Shown: positions 30,583 through 46,589 of the stretch, one piece after another
Layout: every line of letters starts with the position of its first letter
How positions within the stretch are numbered: the first letter of the stretch is position 1
Origin: the human T2T-CHM13v2.0 reference genome, Homo sapiens
Assembly (NCBI RefSeq): GCF_009914755.1
Contig: NC_060931.1
DNA: 64,000 nt
Direction: 5' to 3' (one strand)
Position numbers and translations under genes: made by a program
The notes under the pieces: generated by a model
The model's database searches: none
What the model was told of the DNA's origin: nothing
What the model saw: only the letters and a program-made list of their open reading frames with translations

Positions 30583-31083
30583 TTGAATTTGTTTCCTGTA
30601 GCCCTTGTAACAAATTGCCACAAACTTAAGGCCTTCAAACAACAGAAATGTATCCTCCCAATTAAGGAGGCCAGATGTCCAAAATCAATACCACGGGGCT
30701 GAAATCAAGGTGTCAGCAGGGCTGCACTCCCTCCAGAGGCTCTAGAAGAGAATCTCTTCCTTGTCTCTTGCAGGTTCCCGTGGCTCCCAACATTCCTTGG
30801 CTTGTGGCGGCATCACTCTATAATAGGGCCAGCATCTTCCAATCTTTCTATGCTTTGTCTTCACCTCAACTCTTTTCTCCTGCATGTGTCTATTGAACTT
30901 CCCCTGCCTCCTTATAAAAACTTGTGGTTGCATTTTGGGCCCCTTTGGATAATCCAGGCTAATGTCCCCATCTCAGGAGCCCTAACTTGATCACATTTGC
31001 AGAGACCCTGTTTCCAAATAAATTACCATTCATGGGTTCCAGGGATCAGGACTTGCTATCTTTGGGTGGCAGTCGTTAGCCCT
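30583..31083 (-). mobile_element. MLT1C/D LTR
   Basis: GTAACAAATT.CCACAAACTT...AAATCAAGGTGTCAGCAGGGC...CATTCCTTGGCTTGTGG. Confidence 0.88.
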
Positions 31084-31800
31084 TTTTTTTTCCCTCCTCG
31101 GCAAAGTACTGATTTGATCCTACCTGGCCAATACTTATATTGCAGGCTGTTCAGTTCCCCTATGCCTGGATCATCCAGGGCTGGGGCTTGGTTCTGACCC
31201 GTGACGTGAAAGGCAATTCAACAGTGGCCGCCTGGGATATGCTTCCTTCACCGACAGAGCAGTATGCGGAAAGAGTCCTCCTGCCTTTTCCTCTTTGCCC
31301 CGGGTGCTGCATTGTGACAGCGTGATTCTTGGAGGAGATATAGCCATTTTATGATCATGGGTGGATGGCCAAGAGAATCGTGAAGGATGTGGCCCAGCGC
31401 TCAGATGGTGCTGCTGCTGCCTCTGCATCTTTCTGGCTCAGGCCACTGCGACTTGGGAGTTGCAGCCAGAAGGCTGTCAACGGACCCAGGATTCCCCTGG
31501 GAGGCTCCTTCTGCCTTAGCAGACTGGCCAGCATTGGCCTGAGTGGCTTTAGCGGGGACGGTGAGACCAAGATGGCCCCGTCTGGACCCAGACTCATGTT
31601 TTGGAGCGTTTCCTGGCTCTTTCGTCAGCCTCAGTCCATTTGGACAGCTGCCAGCTGCATGGTTTGGTGGTGGTTGTGAGCTTGGCTCTCTGATAGCCGA
31701 TGAGTCTGAAGAGTAAGGCCAAAGCAAGGAAATCTACATATGGGAGGCACATTTAGGGACACTTGTGATCCATTTCTATTCTCACTGTGAAGAGGAATCT

Positions 31801-31979
31801 CCCAGCAGTCTCCAAACAGCCCCTGATGTCCCAGTTGAGCAAGGGTACAGGGTGGCTGGACTCTACTAAAGGTGCCTAACTCAACCCAGCAAACGTTAAG
31901 TCTATGCTACTGGCCAGCCCTAGTCCCATCTGAGACCTGTGAGAAGTCATGGAATGGACCCTCCGCCTCCACCTAGTTC
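31801..31979 (+). repeat. Copy 2 of the 179-bp dispersed direct repeat
   Basis: Offset 1447 bp from copy 1. Confidence 0.95.
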
Positions 31980-32399
31980 GATGTCTGTGACAAGCTGTGC
32001 CCCAGGCAGGGCACATTCTCACTTGGGTCACCTCCGTGGCCGGAAGGGTAATAATGGAAAAAAGCCAAGAGCGGCAGCCTGTGTCTGTGGACTGAGCCAG
32101 AGGCCAGCTGGGCCTGTTTGCTTGGCTTGAGCTGCAGAGTGGATCTCAGGCATTGCCCAGCACAGGCCTTGGAGAAAACATGGTGCTGAGCATGTGTTAG
32201 GCAGAGGCTGCAAGGAAGAGCCAAGGAGAATAGGCCCAGTGAGTATAGGGGTGAGAGGATGGAGGGGTTTGGCCTGGAGAAGAGAAAGCAAAGGGTGTCT
32301 CTGGTATAATTATTGCTGCTTTTTCTCTGTGTGCCTCCCAACTCCCCATGAGACAGAATGTCAAATATCAGGTAACTGGTTAAAATTAAAGTGGAGTAC

Positions 32400-32765
32400 T
32401 AGTATATCATTTCAGAATACTTTCAGCCTCAAGAAACAGAAAGCCAACTAATAGCAGATTGAATAGGGGTTTATTTTATATACAACCAAGAATTTGGGAA
32501 GGAGCTGCCATTGCATGGAGTGAGAAGCTAAAGGTCAAGGCCCCCCTCATGGGTGCAAAGAGGCTACCATAGCTCCAGGCATGCAGCCCACGTTCAAGAA
32601 ACAGGGAGGGAAGTTGGTACCAGCATCAGGAGAACAACAGCTTTCTCTTCTTTTCCACGCACACCCCCTCCCCTGCCACCAGCCGACTTTCCCTGTGTTC
32701 CTTTGGTCAGAACTCTGTCACTTGGCCACCCTTAGCTGCAGAGGAGGCCGGCATGGTGAGTGGTT
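32400..32765 (-). mobile_element. Old MLT1-like LTR
   Basis: TTTCAG...CAAG.AACAGAAA.CCAAC; TTGGTCAGAACT.TGTCAC.TGGCCACCCTTAGCTGCA. Confidence 0.55.
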
Positions 32766-33011
32766 GGGGACTGTGGATGAGGACTGGTTAGATAGCCAGT
32801 AGTGTTGGCACAGTGCCGCTTAAGGAGCCTTGGTGTCTGGGCACCTATAGGAAGAGAGCAGACAACCATCTTCATTAGGAGCCATGGACCCTGCCCGGGA
32901 GGTTAGGAGGGCATCCAGACCCATCCCTGGGTGTGTTTTTGGTTTTTCAGATCCCCTTCGTGAGCATGCTGGGGAGTCCGCCTTGGTTTTCCAAAGATAG
33001 AGCACATGAGA

Positions 33012-33197
33012 CAGTGGTTTTCAAAGTGTGTGCCCCAAACCAACGTCGTCAAGATCACCTGGGAATGTGTTAGAGTTGTAAAGTCTTGGGCCCCACCGCA
33101 GACTCATTGAATCAGAAACTGTAGCGTGAGGACCAGCTCTCTGTGTCTGAACAAGCCCTCTGGGTAATACTGATGCAGGAACAAATTTGAGAACCTT
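33012..33197 (+). mobile_element. MER5A
   Basis: CAGTGGTT.TCAAAGTGTG...TGAATCAGAAACT...TTTGAGAACC. Confidence 0.88.
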
Positions 33198-33429
33198 AGA
33201 CTTAGGATTTCTGAAATATGACTATCTCTGGGGAGGGAAGGGAAAGAAAAGGAATAGTAAGAAATTCATTCACATTTGTAAATTATTCCTCTTTTTCTTA
33301 AGGTGATCTAAGCTTTAAATTCACTTTCCCCATTAGTAATAATCAGTGAAATTCATGAGGGAATTTCATCTGTCCATGGTTCATGTTGGACTGAAGGATA
33401 TTTTTGCTGTTTTTTTTTTTTTTCCAGTA

Positions 33430-33613
33430 GACCCTGGGATGGTTGACCTTAGACTTGAATCTTTTGGGAGCTTGTTTACAATGCAGATTTCTGAGCTGGT
33501 ATCTGGGTTTTCCCCCAGATATTTGGATTTAGTAGATATAGGATGGGCTCAGGAATCTGCAACATGGCAGGCGATTTGGATACAGGTAATCTGCAAACTG
33601 CACCTGGAGAAGT
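33430..33613. mobile_element. MER5B-like
   Basis: GGGAGCTTGTTTA.AATGCAGATT.CTG...CAGGAATCTGCA. Confidence 0.55.
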
Positions 33614-33660
33614 GCAAGTCCAGAGCTTGCTATGGAAGAGAGGGTGGATGGAAAGATGGG

Positions 33661-34143
33661 TGTTTTAGTCGGCTTGGGCTGCTGTAATGAAATACCATAG
33701 ACTGAGTGGCTTAAACGACAGACATCTTTTTCCCCCATGATTCTGAAGGCTGAAAAGACAAAGATCAGGGTGCCAGCATGGTCAGATACTGGTGAGGGCT
33801 CTCTTCCTGGTTTGCAGTTGGTTACCTTCTCATTGTGTCCTCACATGACAGATAGAGCAAGGAGAGAAGAAAGGAGAGAGAAAAGAGAAGAGGGGAGTGG
33901 GGGAGGGAGAGAGAGAGGGAGGGAGAGGGAGAGAGAGAGAGAGGGAGAGGGAGAGAGAGAGCGCTTTCTAGTCTCTTCTTTCTCTTCTTATAAGGGCACT
34001 AATCCCATTATGAGGGCCCCACCCTCATGACACCATCTAAACCTAATTACCTCCCAAAGGCCCCACCTTCAAATACCATGACATTGCAGGGATATAGGTT
34101 CAGCATGAAATTTAGGGGAGGCACAGGCATTAAGTCCATAACA
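33661..34143 (-). mobile_element. MLT1A0 LTR with internal (GA)-rich expansion (about 33855-33961)
   Basis: AAATACCATAGACTG.GTGGCTTAAAC...CTTATAAGGGCACTAATCCCAT; TSD (A/T)TGGG. Confidence 0.9.
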
Positions 34144-34700
34144 TTGGGGAAGTAGGTTCTCAGTGGCTCCTCTCCCTTGGGTTATATGAGGGTCTTTAGT
34201 AGCTTCAGAATTCCCTGAGTTGTATTCAGAGTCACCATTTGCTTTGGAGAATTCTAGGATTGCTACATAGACCAGCGAACATGGGGAGATTCAGGGAGTG
34301 TGAGCAAATATTGAGAAAGAGAGTTTGGGATGTAAGGTCATGAGTCATAAAGTGTGTGGATGCGCAGTCCTTCTCTCTGAGGGGATCTGCCAAATCCCTG
34401 AGGCCTACACATTTCTGTCCTTAGATTTCTTGTTCTTTCTTTCTGTAATTACTGCCCACCACTGCCCCCACCCCACCATCTCATTTGTGCAGGGGTGAAA
34501 GATTGAACACCTTTTGGGAGCCTTGGTGGTCAGGGTCAGTGGGGGTGGTGCAGCCTTGCAGAACATGCTCTACTGCCACTGACCATTCCAGGGTTACTTG
34601 TATTTTAGCCAAAGCAGTGGGGAGTAGGGGGGAGTCACAGATATAGGGCATAGGAAAGCAGGAGTTAGGGACTAGGGGGGATTTAATAAGTGATTGGAAG

Positions 34701-35121
34701 TGATGCAGGGCAGGTGAGCCCTAAAATTGGGGCTTAACCTGGGAAGGTTTTTGGCTTTGCTCAGGAAAGAATTCAAGAGTGAGCCAGTAGTAGAAGAAAC
34801 CAGCTTTATGGAGGCATTAGTGTTACAACTCTGTGACTGCTCCTGCAGAGCAGGGCTGCCCCATAGGCAGTGTGTGGAGTGCAGCCGCTCAGGGTCCGTG
34901 CTGCAGTTCTATTTATACCCACTTTTAATTACACGCAAATTAAGGGGTGGGTTATGCAGAAATTTCTAGACGAGGGGTGGTAACTTCTGGGTGTGGCCAT
35001 GGCAGTGGTGGGCTGTCATGGTGCTGATGGGTGTATGTTATGGAGAGGTGCTTTTGGTGCCTCTTCCGTAATTTAGCCAGTTACCAATCTCGTCCAAAGT
35101 CCAGTCCCATCTCCTATCTCA
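34701..35121 (-). mobile_element. ERV1 solo LTR (MER66-like)
   Basis: TGATGCAGGGCAGG.GAGCCC.AAAATTGGGGCTT...TCA; 4-bp TSD GAAG. Confidence 0.8.
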
Positions 35122-35149
35122 GAAGTAGCATACATTTCCACAGTGAGTT

Positions 35150-35260
35150 CCAAGTTCACACATATTGTCTCCTTTAATCCTCTCAACAACCCTGTGAAGT
35201 AGGTTCTACTCCCTGCATTATAGAGGGGGAAACTGAGGTCCAGAGAGCTGAAGAAGGGCT
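35150..35260 (-). mobile_element. MIR fragment
   Basis: TTTAATCCTC.CAACAACCCTGTGAAGTAGG...GGAAACTGAGG. Confidence 0.75.
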
Positions 35261-35925
35261 TCTTCACCAACCCGGAAGAAAGCCATTTGAAATATTCCCG
35301 TGTTCGGCTGCTAACCCTGGTGGCTCTCTGCCCCACACTCCTGTTCCTCCATCTTTCTCACACCTTCCTTTCCAAGTGTGGAGTCTATGAGTTATTGAGC
35401 TGACAAGCCTGGGGCAGTGTCAGGGGTAAGAGCCAATCCCTACCTTGTGGCTTTTGTCCCATGTTCACAGGACTAGGGTGAGGTGTTGGAGGGAGAGAGG
35501 ATGGCGAGGGAGCTGGGCAGTCCCTGGATGAGCGCATCCTCCATCAGCATCGTGTCTTCTGTTCTGAAGGCTCCCAAGACAGTACCTCTGTGAGGGACTC
35601 ATATCAGCTGAAAGTTACCTTCAACAGAAGTAGACCTTAGAAGGCCAATGAATTAAATTGCAAAGAGAGATAGAACTGCTCCAGAGCCTAGCATATTCTC
35701 ATTGGCATGATCTGTGCAAGAGTTCCCTGTTGGCCATATGGGAAGCCAGGATGATCAGAAGGTTGCTCTGGGAGCCTATATTCAGGACAAGGGGAGCCGG
35801 ATGAATCCAGCCTGTGATGGCAGGAGTCTGGGATGGTGGGTGCATCTCTACTGCCTGATGGTAGGGGTGGCCTTGCCTTTGGGGCTCTCATTCTCTGGTT
35901 CTGTGCTGACCCTTGGGAGCACACA

Positions 35926-36304
35926 TGTATTAGTCCATTCTCACATTGCTGTAAAGAACTACCTGGGACTGGGTAATTCATAAAGAAAACAGGTTTCATT
36001 GACTCACAGTTCCACAGGTTGTACAGGAAGCATGACTTGGGAGGCCTCAGGAAAATCATGGTGGAAGGCAAAGGGGAAGCAGGCACGTCTCACATGGCCA
36101 GAGAAGGAGAAAGTGGTCAAAGAGGGAGGTGCCACACACTTTTAAACAATCAGATCTCATGAGAACTCACTATCATGAGAACAGCAAGGGGGAAATCTGC
36201 CCCCGTGATCCAGTCACCTCCCACCAGGTCCCTCTTTCAATACTGGAGATTACAACTTGACGTGAGATTTGGGTGGGACACACATCCAAACCCAAACCAT
36301 ATCA
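35926..36304 (-). mobile_element. MSTA LTR
   Basis: TGTATTAGTCCATTCTCAC...CAAACCATATCA; TSD ACACA. Confidence 0.92.
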
Positions 36305-36427
36305 ACACACTTCTTGCTTTGGGTGGTTTAGCACAACCAACCAGGCTACAATCGGAGAGCTATCCTGTCACTTTTAGGTAGTTTGCATGATCAGTTTCTG
36401 AGCTATCTGTAAGGACATTGCATTTAA

Positions 36428-36735
36428 TTTTATAAGTTTATTTATTTATTTGAGTCAGAGTCTCACTCTGTCGCCCAGGCTGGAGTGCAGTGGCGCAATC
36501 TCGGCTCACTGCTACCTCTGCCTCCCAGGTTCAAGCTATTCTTGTGGCTCAGCCTCCCAAGTAGCTAGATTACAGGCATCTGCCACCACACCCAGCTAAT
36601 TTTTTGTATTTTTAGTAGAGAGACAGGGTTTCACTGTGTTGCCCAGGCTGGTCTTGAACTGCTGAGCTCAGGTGATCAGCCCACTTCGGCCTCCCAAAGT
36701 GTTAAGATTAGAGATGTGAGCCACCGCTCCCGACC
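36428..36735 (-). mobile_element. AluS
   Basis: Perfect TSD CATTGCATTTAA. Confidence 0.95.
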
Positions 36736-36746
36736 CATTGCATTTA

Positions 36747-37613
<867 letters not shown>

Positions 37614-38069
37614 TTACTGCTGGAATAAATGACGTATGAAATGAGAAATCTTTGTCCAGTGTTGCAAGGGGGAGGGAGAGAAGAAAAGAAAGGCTTTGAT
37701 GGAACCGCTGTTGTACAGAATTAGTTTCCATAAGACCAGAAAATACAGAAGAACAAAATAAAACGTCATCAGATATTTTTCTCCAGATTTACTGAAAAGT
37801 CAGGCTTTTATCAATCTCCCAGCACCGCATTCAGGCTCCCAGTGATGGAAAGTAATGGGTCTTGCACCAAACGAAAGCAAACTTCTATTTAGTCTAGCCT
37901 GTGGCCTGGGTTCCCCCAGCTCCAGCACCGGGAAGCATGAGGAAGGGGGTGCCCTTCTCCTCAAGCTCCACTCCTTCTTCATGGGGACAAGCTCCACTCC
38001 TTCTTCCTTCCATCTGGTTCCCAGTGTCCTTGGATTTGCATCTCCTGTGCCATTTAAAAGTCTGCTCTT

Positions 38070-38460
<391 letters not shown>

Positions 38461-39569
38461 CTATCTCAGGGTATTTTAATTTTCAATGGTGTAAAACTGA
38501 GTTCCAAAGACCAAACTGAAACTTGCTGCACCAGAAAGCAAACTGCTTTGTCAAGGCCACTGGCTGTAGGTTTCAGCAATACCATTGTCCTCACAGCCTC
38601 ACTGTTGGACGGGCCTAGTCTCCTGCTTAGGGCGTTTTTCTCCAGGGCTCTGCAAACTACACATCCTGGGTGCCTGCATAATTGGCTGCCTATAGGGGTG
38701 CCTTGTTATCTTTTTCTATAAGATGGGGAATACATTGCTTTGCCTTAGACTTGCTGTCATCTGTCCCACCTGGGAGGGACGGGCTGGTGTTCCCTCTGCT
38801 GCCAAACACTCCTGGATCGCAGGATGCAACCTCCAGGCTGTGTGCTGATGCAACCGAACAATAGCAACAAGAACCAGAAACATGGAATCCAGGCCAGCCC
38901 TCGGCGGGGGCACCTGCCCTTGACCTCCCTCGCAGCACTTCTGCGGGGTGTTTACAAAAACTGCACCTGCTCTAATAGCTGATGGTCGTGCTGGGAGAAA
39001 ATAATAATCTAAGCCATTAGAGAGAGAGAAGAAAAGAAAGCCAGGACGGGGAAGGGAATGATCCATCCTCTGCTCTATTTTTGTCTGTGCTCCACGCTCA
39101 CTGAGTGTCCTTGAGGGAGATGCCTAAGTTCTTTGTCTTGGTTTGTTACTGCCCTGGCAAAATCTCATGCATCGCCTGCCAGAACACCCAGGGAATCTCG
39201 TGGCTCCCTGACAATGCACAAACACGCTGCCACATTCTTTTTTGGGGGTCCAGAGAGTGGGAGGTAGGGTCAAAAACCACGGGAGTGGAACTGAAATACC
39301 CCCATTCATCCAATCATAGGCAGATCGCCTCCTTCTTTAAATTGCCTTTGAAAAATAGCTTTATTGTCTCCGTATGTAATGCAAGTAGGCATTCCCCCGG
39401 CAAGTTCGGGGGAGTAGCTGACATTTGTTGACTGTTTACTGTAGGTGTGAACTTTATATGCACCATTTCACTTGATCCCCATTTTCAAGATGAGAGAATT
39501 GGGGCTCAGAGGGGTGTAGTCATTTGCCTGGGACGGAACAGGAAGATGTCTGGAATAAGGGCCAGCCCT

Positions 39570-39885
39570 GGGTAGATGTGGTGGCTCATGCTTGTAATCC
39601 CAGCGCTTTGGGAGGCCAAGGCAGATCGCTTGAGGCCAGGAGTCTGAGACCAACTTGGCCAACATAGTAAGATCCCATCTCTGAAAAAAAAAAAAAAAAA
39701 AAAAGAAAAAACAGGGCATAATTGTGTACGCCTGTAGTCCCAGCTACTCAGGAGGCTGACATGGGAGGACTGCTTGAGCCCAGGAGCTTGAGGCTACTGC
39801 GAGTTATAATCAGGCTATGGCACTCCAGCATGGGTGACAGAGTGATACCCTTTCTCAAAAACCAAACAAACAAACAAGTAAACGG
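39570..39885 (+). mobile_element. AluJ
   Basis: GCTTGAGCCCAGGAG.TTGAGGCT; flanking GCCAGCCC. Confidence 0.9.
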
Positions 39886-40530
39886 AAAATAGCCAGCCCC
39901 AGCACAGAGCTTAGCACACAGCCAGGGGCTTAATAAATAATTAGTGGCTAAATAAGAGTTTTGGAACTTTTTGGGGATGTTTTCCCATCACCCCACTGCC
40001 TCTTAATGCCTCAGTTTACTCACTTTTCAAATAGGAGTGTGGACTGGTGGACTAGATCTTTGTGTGTGATGGGGATGCGTTAGGGGGCACCCGTTTCTAT
40101 CCTTGCTGAGTTTGAAATCACTTGAGAAATAAACACGGGAATCTGACCAATGGAGTGAAAAATATCCACTTTATTTATTGAGAGAAGCTGTGCTTAAGGG
40201 CGTGGCTTAGATCCATGGCCACAGTGAGTCTCCCACTAATCCACTCCACTATTTAATGTATTCAGCAAACAGAGCCAGAGCTGGGCAGCTCCCCTGTGGC
40301 ACAGAGCACATTCCATAAGGCAGAGGGCAGAGCAGCCACACTCTCTCTCTGAGCAGGCAGAACTGTAGGAGAGAGCCCCAGAGGAACTGAGCCAAGAGCA
40401 GTTACTTTCTTTTGCAGTATTTCAGGCATGGAGGGGACTCTGGTTCCAGGGTGGGAGGCAGGGAAGGTGAGGGGTTGGGAAAGAGGTCTCTCCCAGAAGC
40501 CTTTCACATTTGCATCTAGCTGCATTCGGA

Positions 40531-40704
40531 ATTTATTTATTTATTTAGAGAGACATGGTCTCACTCTGTCTCCCAGGCTGGAGTGCAGTGGTGTGACCAT
40601 AACTCACTGCACCCTTCAACTTATGGGCTCAAGTGATCCTCCTGCCTCAGCCTCCCAAAGTGTTGGGGTTACAGGCATGAGCCATCACCCCACTGCACCT
40701 GGTC
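40531..40704 (-). mobile_element. Alu monomer (FAM/FRAM-like or arm-recombined AluJ)
   Basis: Right-arm 3' part fused to the left-arm head CCTCCCAAAGTG. Confidence 0.85.
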
Positions 40705-40878
40705 TGTGTTCAGTATTTATTATAAATGATGGGCTAAATATTGAAAGGTGGGGAAATGAAGGTCTCGCCAGCCCTGTGAATGACTGGGATTCTGTGTGTG
40801 TTCTGGCTTCCAAGTGGGATAATGAAATGGTGCCTCTCTCTGTGTGCGGTTAAACACCCATTCATACCACAAGGAGGT

Positions 40879-41732
<854 letters not shown>

Positions 41733-42432
41733 CAAAGCCCTTTCTCTTTTCTTCTGAGAGGTTCCTGCATGACAGCAGTATCTAGAAGGGCCAGTGATGC
41801 TTTAACCCCAAGGCTTCTGATTTCACGAAGCAGGGCTGGATCTCTGAAACGGCACAGCTGAGCAGAGCTTGGGATTGTTTTTCACTCCAGGCCCCAAAGT
41901 AGGGACACAGACAAGCTGGGACATGTGACGAGGCTCTGGAAAACAGGTTTAAAAATAACTTTACTAGCTCACACTCTGAAATTTAAGCCATCCATTTAGG
42001 AAATGCTGAGTGTGGCTAGAAAAATGAGTTTTACATTGTTATTCTTCAAGAATAAAGTGATAAGTGACTTCAGAGTAAGGGGAAGTGGTTGTTTGCAGAG
42101 CTTATTAAAAATAAGCTGTCATTTCTGTCCTATATTACATTTGAGTCACTGGGAGTTAAAACTCAGTTTTCTTACATTTGGGTGTTTTAAGAGACTTTGG
42201 ACATATTGAAATAAAAGAATGCCTCACAGTTACACAGAAGTGACATTTCCCACGTTTTCCCTTAGAGGGTGGAACGTTAAAAGCTTGCCTAACTCTTTTG
42301 GATCCTTACCTAGTAGCTACTTCACAGCCTGGGGAGAAGACAGAAGTAGACAGAGATGCATGCCTGTCTCAGCCGAGACCGGAGAATTGTCAATTGTATT
42401 TAGATGAGATATAATCTCAGATATCAAATGTA

Positions 42433-43200
<768 letters not shown>

Positions 43201-43778
43201 GGAAATGGCAGCATTTTGGGGATCAGATAGTTCTGTTGCTCTGGCTCTGAGCTTGCTGTGTTTATGATGATGTTCTCTGTAAGTTCTTTGAAAGTGGCTT
43301 GTTTTGCCATCATACTTGGAATATTCTAAAGTTAAAAATTTTCAAGGAGACGAATGCCCTTGGATTACTTGATACCTTTCTCACTCTTTCTCTCCTCCCT
43401 GGTTTGGCGGATCTGGTAAGGGCCCTGATGGTAGAGTTGTTTGGGTAAGTAAGCTCCCTGGGGATAAACATCAACTTCTGTTGTATCCTTCCCCCTTTGT
43501 GAAAAAGATTGCTGTTTGTCCACTTCACCCTCCCTAGAGATAGGCTTTTTAGCTGGACATGTGGCCACCCAGAGAAGAATGATACTTCCCAGCTTCTCTT
43601 GCATTGTGGTCGCCTGGAGGTGAGTAGATCCTTTCCTCTAAGGAGATATAAACCAAAGAACAGGGATGTGAACCAAAGTGCCACGTTTCATTTCCAATTT
43701 TGCTCTTAAAGGCAAGGAGCATGCTTTACTCTTCCCTTTCCTCTTAGTCTGTTTGTGTTGCCATAAAGGAATACCTGA

Positions 43779-44069
<291 letters not shown>

Positions 44070-44417
44070 GAATACCCGAGGGTTGGTAATTTACAAAGCA
44101 AAGAGGCTTATTTGGCTCATGGTTCTGCAGATTGTACAAGAAGCATGGTGCCAGCATCTGCTTGTGGTGAGGACCTCAGGAAACTTCCACTCATGGCTGA
44201 AGAGGAAGGGCAGCCTGCATGTCACATGTTGAGAGGGAGCAAGAGAGAGAGAGAAGGTGGTGCCAGACCCTTTTAAACAACCAGCTTTCTTGTGAACTAG
44301 TGGAGCAAGAACTTGCTCAATTCAATGAGGAGGGCACCAAGCCATTCATGAGGGATCTGTCTCCAAAACCCAAACACCTTCCACTTGGCCCACCTCTGCC
44401 ATTAGGGATCACATTTC

Positions 44418-44741
44418 TTTTTTTTTTTTTTTCTTTTTCTTTTTCTTTTTTTTTTTTTTCTGAGACAGAGTCTCACTCTGTCGCCCAGGCTGGAGTGCAG
44501 TGGCGCCATCTCAGCTCACTGCAAACTCCGCCTCCTGGGTTCACGCATTCTCCTGCCTCAGCCTCCCGAGTAGCTGGGACTACAGGCGCCTACCACCACG
44601 CCCGGCTAATTTTTTGTATTTTTAGTAGAGACAGGGTTTCACCATGTTAGCCAGGATGGTCTCGATCTCCTGACCTCGTGATCCGCCCTCCTCAGCCTCC
44701 CAAAGTGCTGGGATTACAGGTGTGAGCCACCGCGCCTGGTC
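44418..44741 (-). mobile_element. AluY
   Basis: TTAGCCAGGATGGTCTCGATCTCC; perfect TSD AGGGATCACATTTC. Confidence 0.95.
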
Positions 44742-45160
44742 AGGGATCACATTTCAACATGGAGATTTGGAGGGGATGAACGTCCAAACTGATTCACCTC
44801 CTATCTGCCACAGGCTGGAATGCAGATGTAGTTTTGAGTCAACTTGGACTACAAGGAAGAGGGCAACATTTAGGGATAGTGGGGAGGAACTTACAGCCTG
44901 GGCCCCTGAGGACTTTGCTGTGCAAGACTGCCATCTTCCCTGGTAAAGCTGGTGTCATTTTAGGTCTCTGTCACAAACAGCAGAACTGATATGCTAACTC
45001 ACATCCTTTTATGTCTCCCAGGGTGCCCATTACTGGGCCTACTATAGAAGACACTCAATGTTCATTGCAGGTGTACTTTACCTTTCTGTGGTTTACAGCT
45101 AGTTAGGCCATTAGAATCTTAGAGTTGGGAAGAATATTCTAGATAACCTATCTGGTCCAC

Positions 45161-45570
45161 TGATATGATTTGGCTCTGTGTCCCCACCCAAATCTCATCT
45201 TGAATTGTAATCTCCCTAATCCCTACATGTTGAGGGAGGGTCCAGGTGGGAGGTGATTGGATCCTGGGGGTGGTTTCCTCAAGGCTGTTCTTGTGATAGT
45301 GAGTGATTTCTCACGAGATCTGATGGTTTTACAAGGCAGTTTTCTCTGATCTTTCTTGTCCTCTCTTGCTGCCACCATGTGAGACGTGCTTCTTCCCCAT
45401 CTGTCATGATTGTAAGTTTCCTGAGGCCTCCCCAGCCATGTGGAGCTGTGAGTCAATTAAATCTCTTTTCTCTATAAATTACCTCTTTTCTTTATAATTA
45501 AACCTCTTTTCTTTATAAATTACCCAGTCTCAGATATATCTTTATGGCAGTGCGAAAATAGACTAATACA
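45161..45570 (+). mobile_element. MSTA LTR
   Basis: TGATATG.TTTGGCTCTGTGTCCCC...GACTAATACA; TSD TC(C/T)AC. Confidence 0.92.
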
Positions 45571-45726
45571 TCTACTCTTCAATGATTTCAGTGTCTGCTC
45601 ATCATTCTTGTCTAATATAATTCCGGCTTGCTTTATGATGTATAACATGTTGGGCGACCTTAATTCTACTAAAGGTTTCTTTTCCACAAGCAGAAATATG
45701 CAATCCTTCAACTTCCTTTGCTATTG

Positions 45727-45878
45727 TTTCTCTTTTCTTTTCTTGTCTTTTCTTTTCTTATTGAGATGGGGTCTTGCTAAGTTGCCCAGGCTGGACTCAA
45801 ACTCCTGAGTTCAAGTGACCCCCCCATCTTGGCCTCCAGAGTAGCTGGGACTACAGGTGGGTGCTGCTGCATCCAGCC
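45727..45878 (-). mobile_element. FLAM (free left Alu monomer)
   Basis: GAGATGGGGTCTTGCT..GTTGCCCAGGCTGG; single monomer with flanking AACTTCCTT. Confidence 0.85.
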
Positions 45879-46009
45879 CTTTAACTTCCTTCGATCTTGT
45901 TCTTATTTTCCTTTTTGAGACCTCATAAAACAGCACATTTGGGGGCAGATAGTATGAGGAATGAGAAAAAACAACGGCCAAACTTGTGCAAAAATGAAAA
46001 ATGTCTGTT

Positions 46010-46280
46010 CATAAAAGGACTGAAACAAGTCTATTGAATTTGGCCATGATGAGGTCATGATGTCGTTGGCAGGATCAAGAGTTTGTGGAAGCCAGATTGA
46101 AGTGGGGTGGGGTGTGAAATGAGAAAATGGGAAAATGGAACCGATGTGGATGACTATGCCAAGAAATTGGATTGAGAACTGGGGAAAGGGAGATGGAGGT
46201 GCAGGGTTAGAGGTGGCGTTTTCTGTGCCTGTGTTTAGGAAGGGAGTGACTAGAGCAGTTTAGCAGTTAAGAAGAGAGTG
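46010..46280 (-). mobile_element. L2 fragment
   Basis: AGGACTGA...ATTGAATTTGGC...GAGGTCAT...GAAGCCAGATTG. Confidence 0.6.
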
Positions 46281-46589
46281 TGGATACAGAACTGCTCCAG
46301 CATCCGCCTGCTGCTACTGCATGCCCAGCTCTGCTCCGTCCAGATCCTGCCTGGCTGCACAGGCACCTCCTGAACTCTTCTAGTTCAATGCATCCTTCTT
46401 GGCTCCCACTTGCTCATTCTCTCTGGGTCTGCTGTCATCAGGGAGAATGCTTGCCAAGGTCATTAAGGGTTGATTGACACTAAGACATTTCAGTAATTCC
46501 TGGCATTTGGAGTTCTGACACCTAACACTGTAGCGTTTGGTTTCACGGCTCTTTTATTTTCTGGGAGCATTCCAGTAAGAGAGAAGAGA

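Noticed and set aside
30354-31979. Direct repeats as LTRs of a small retroelement
   Set aside because: No TG...CA termini, TSD, PBS or polypurine tract.
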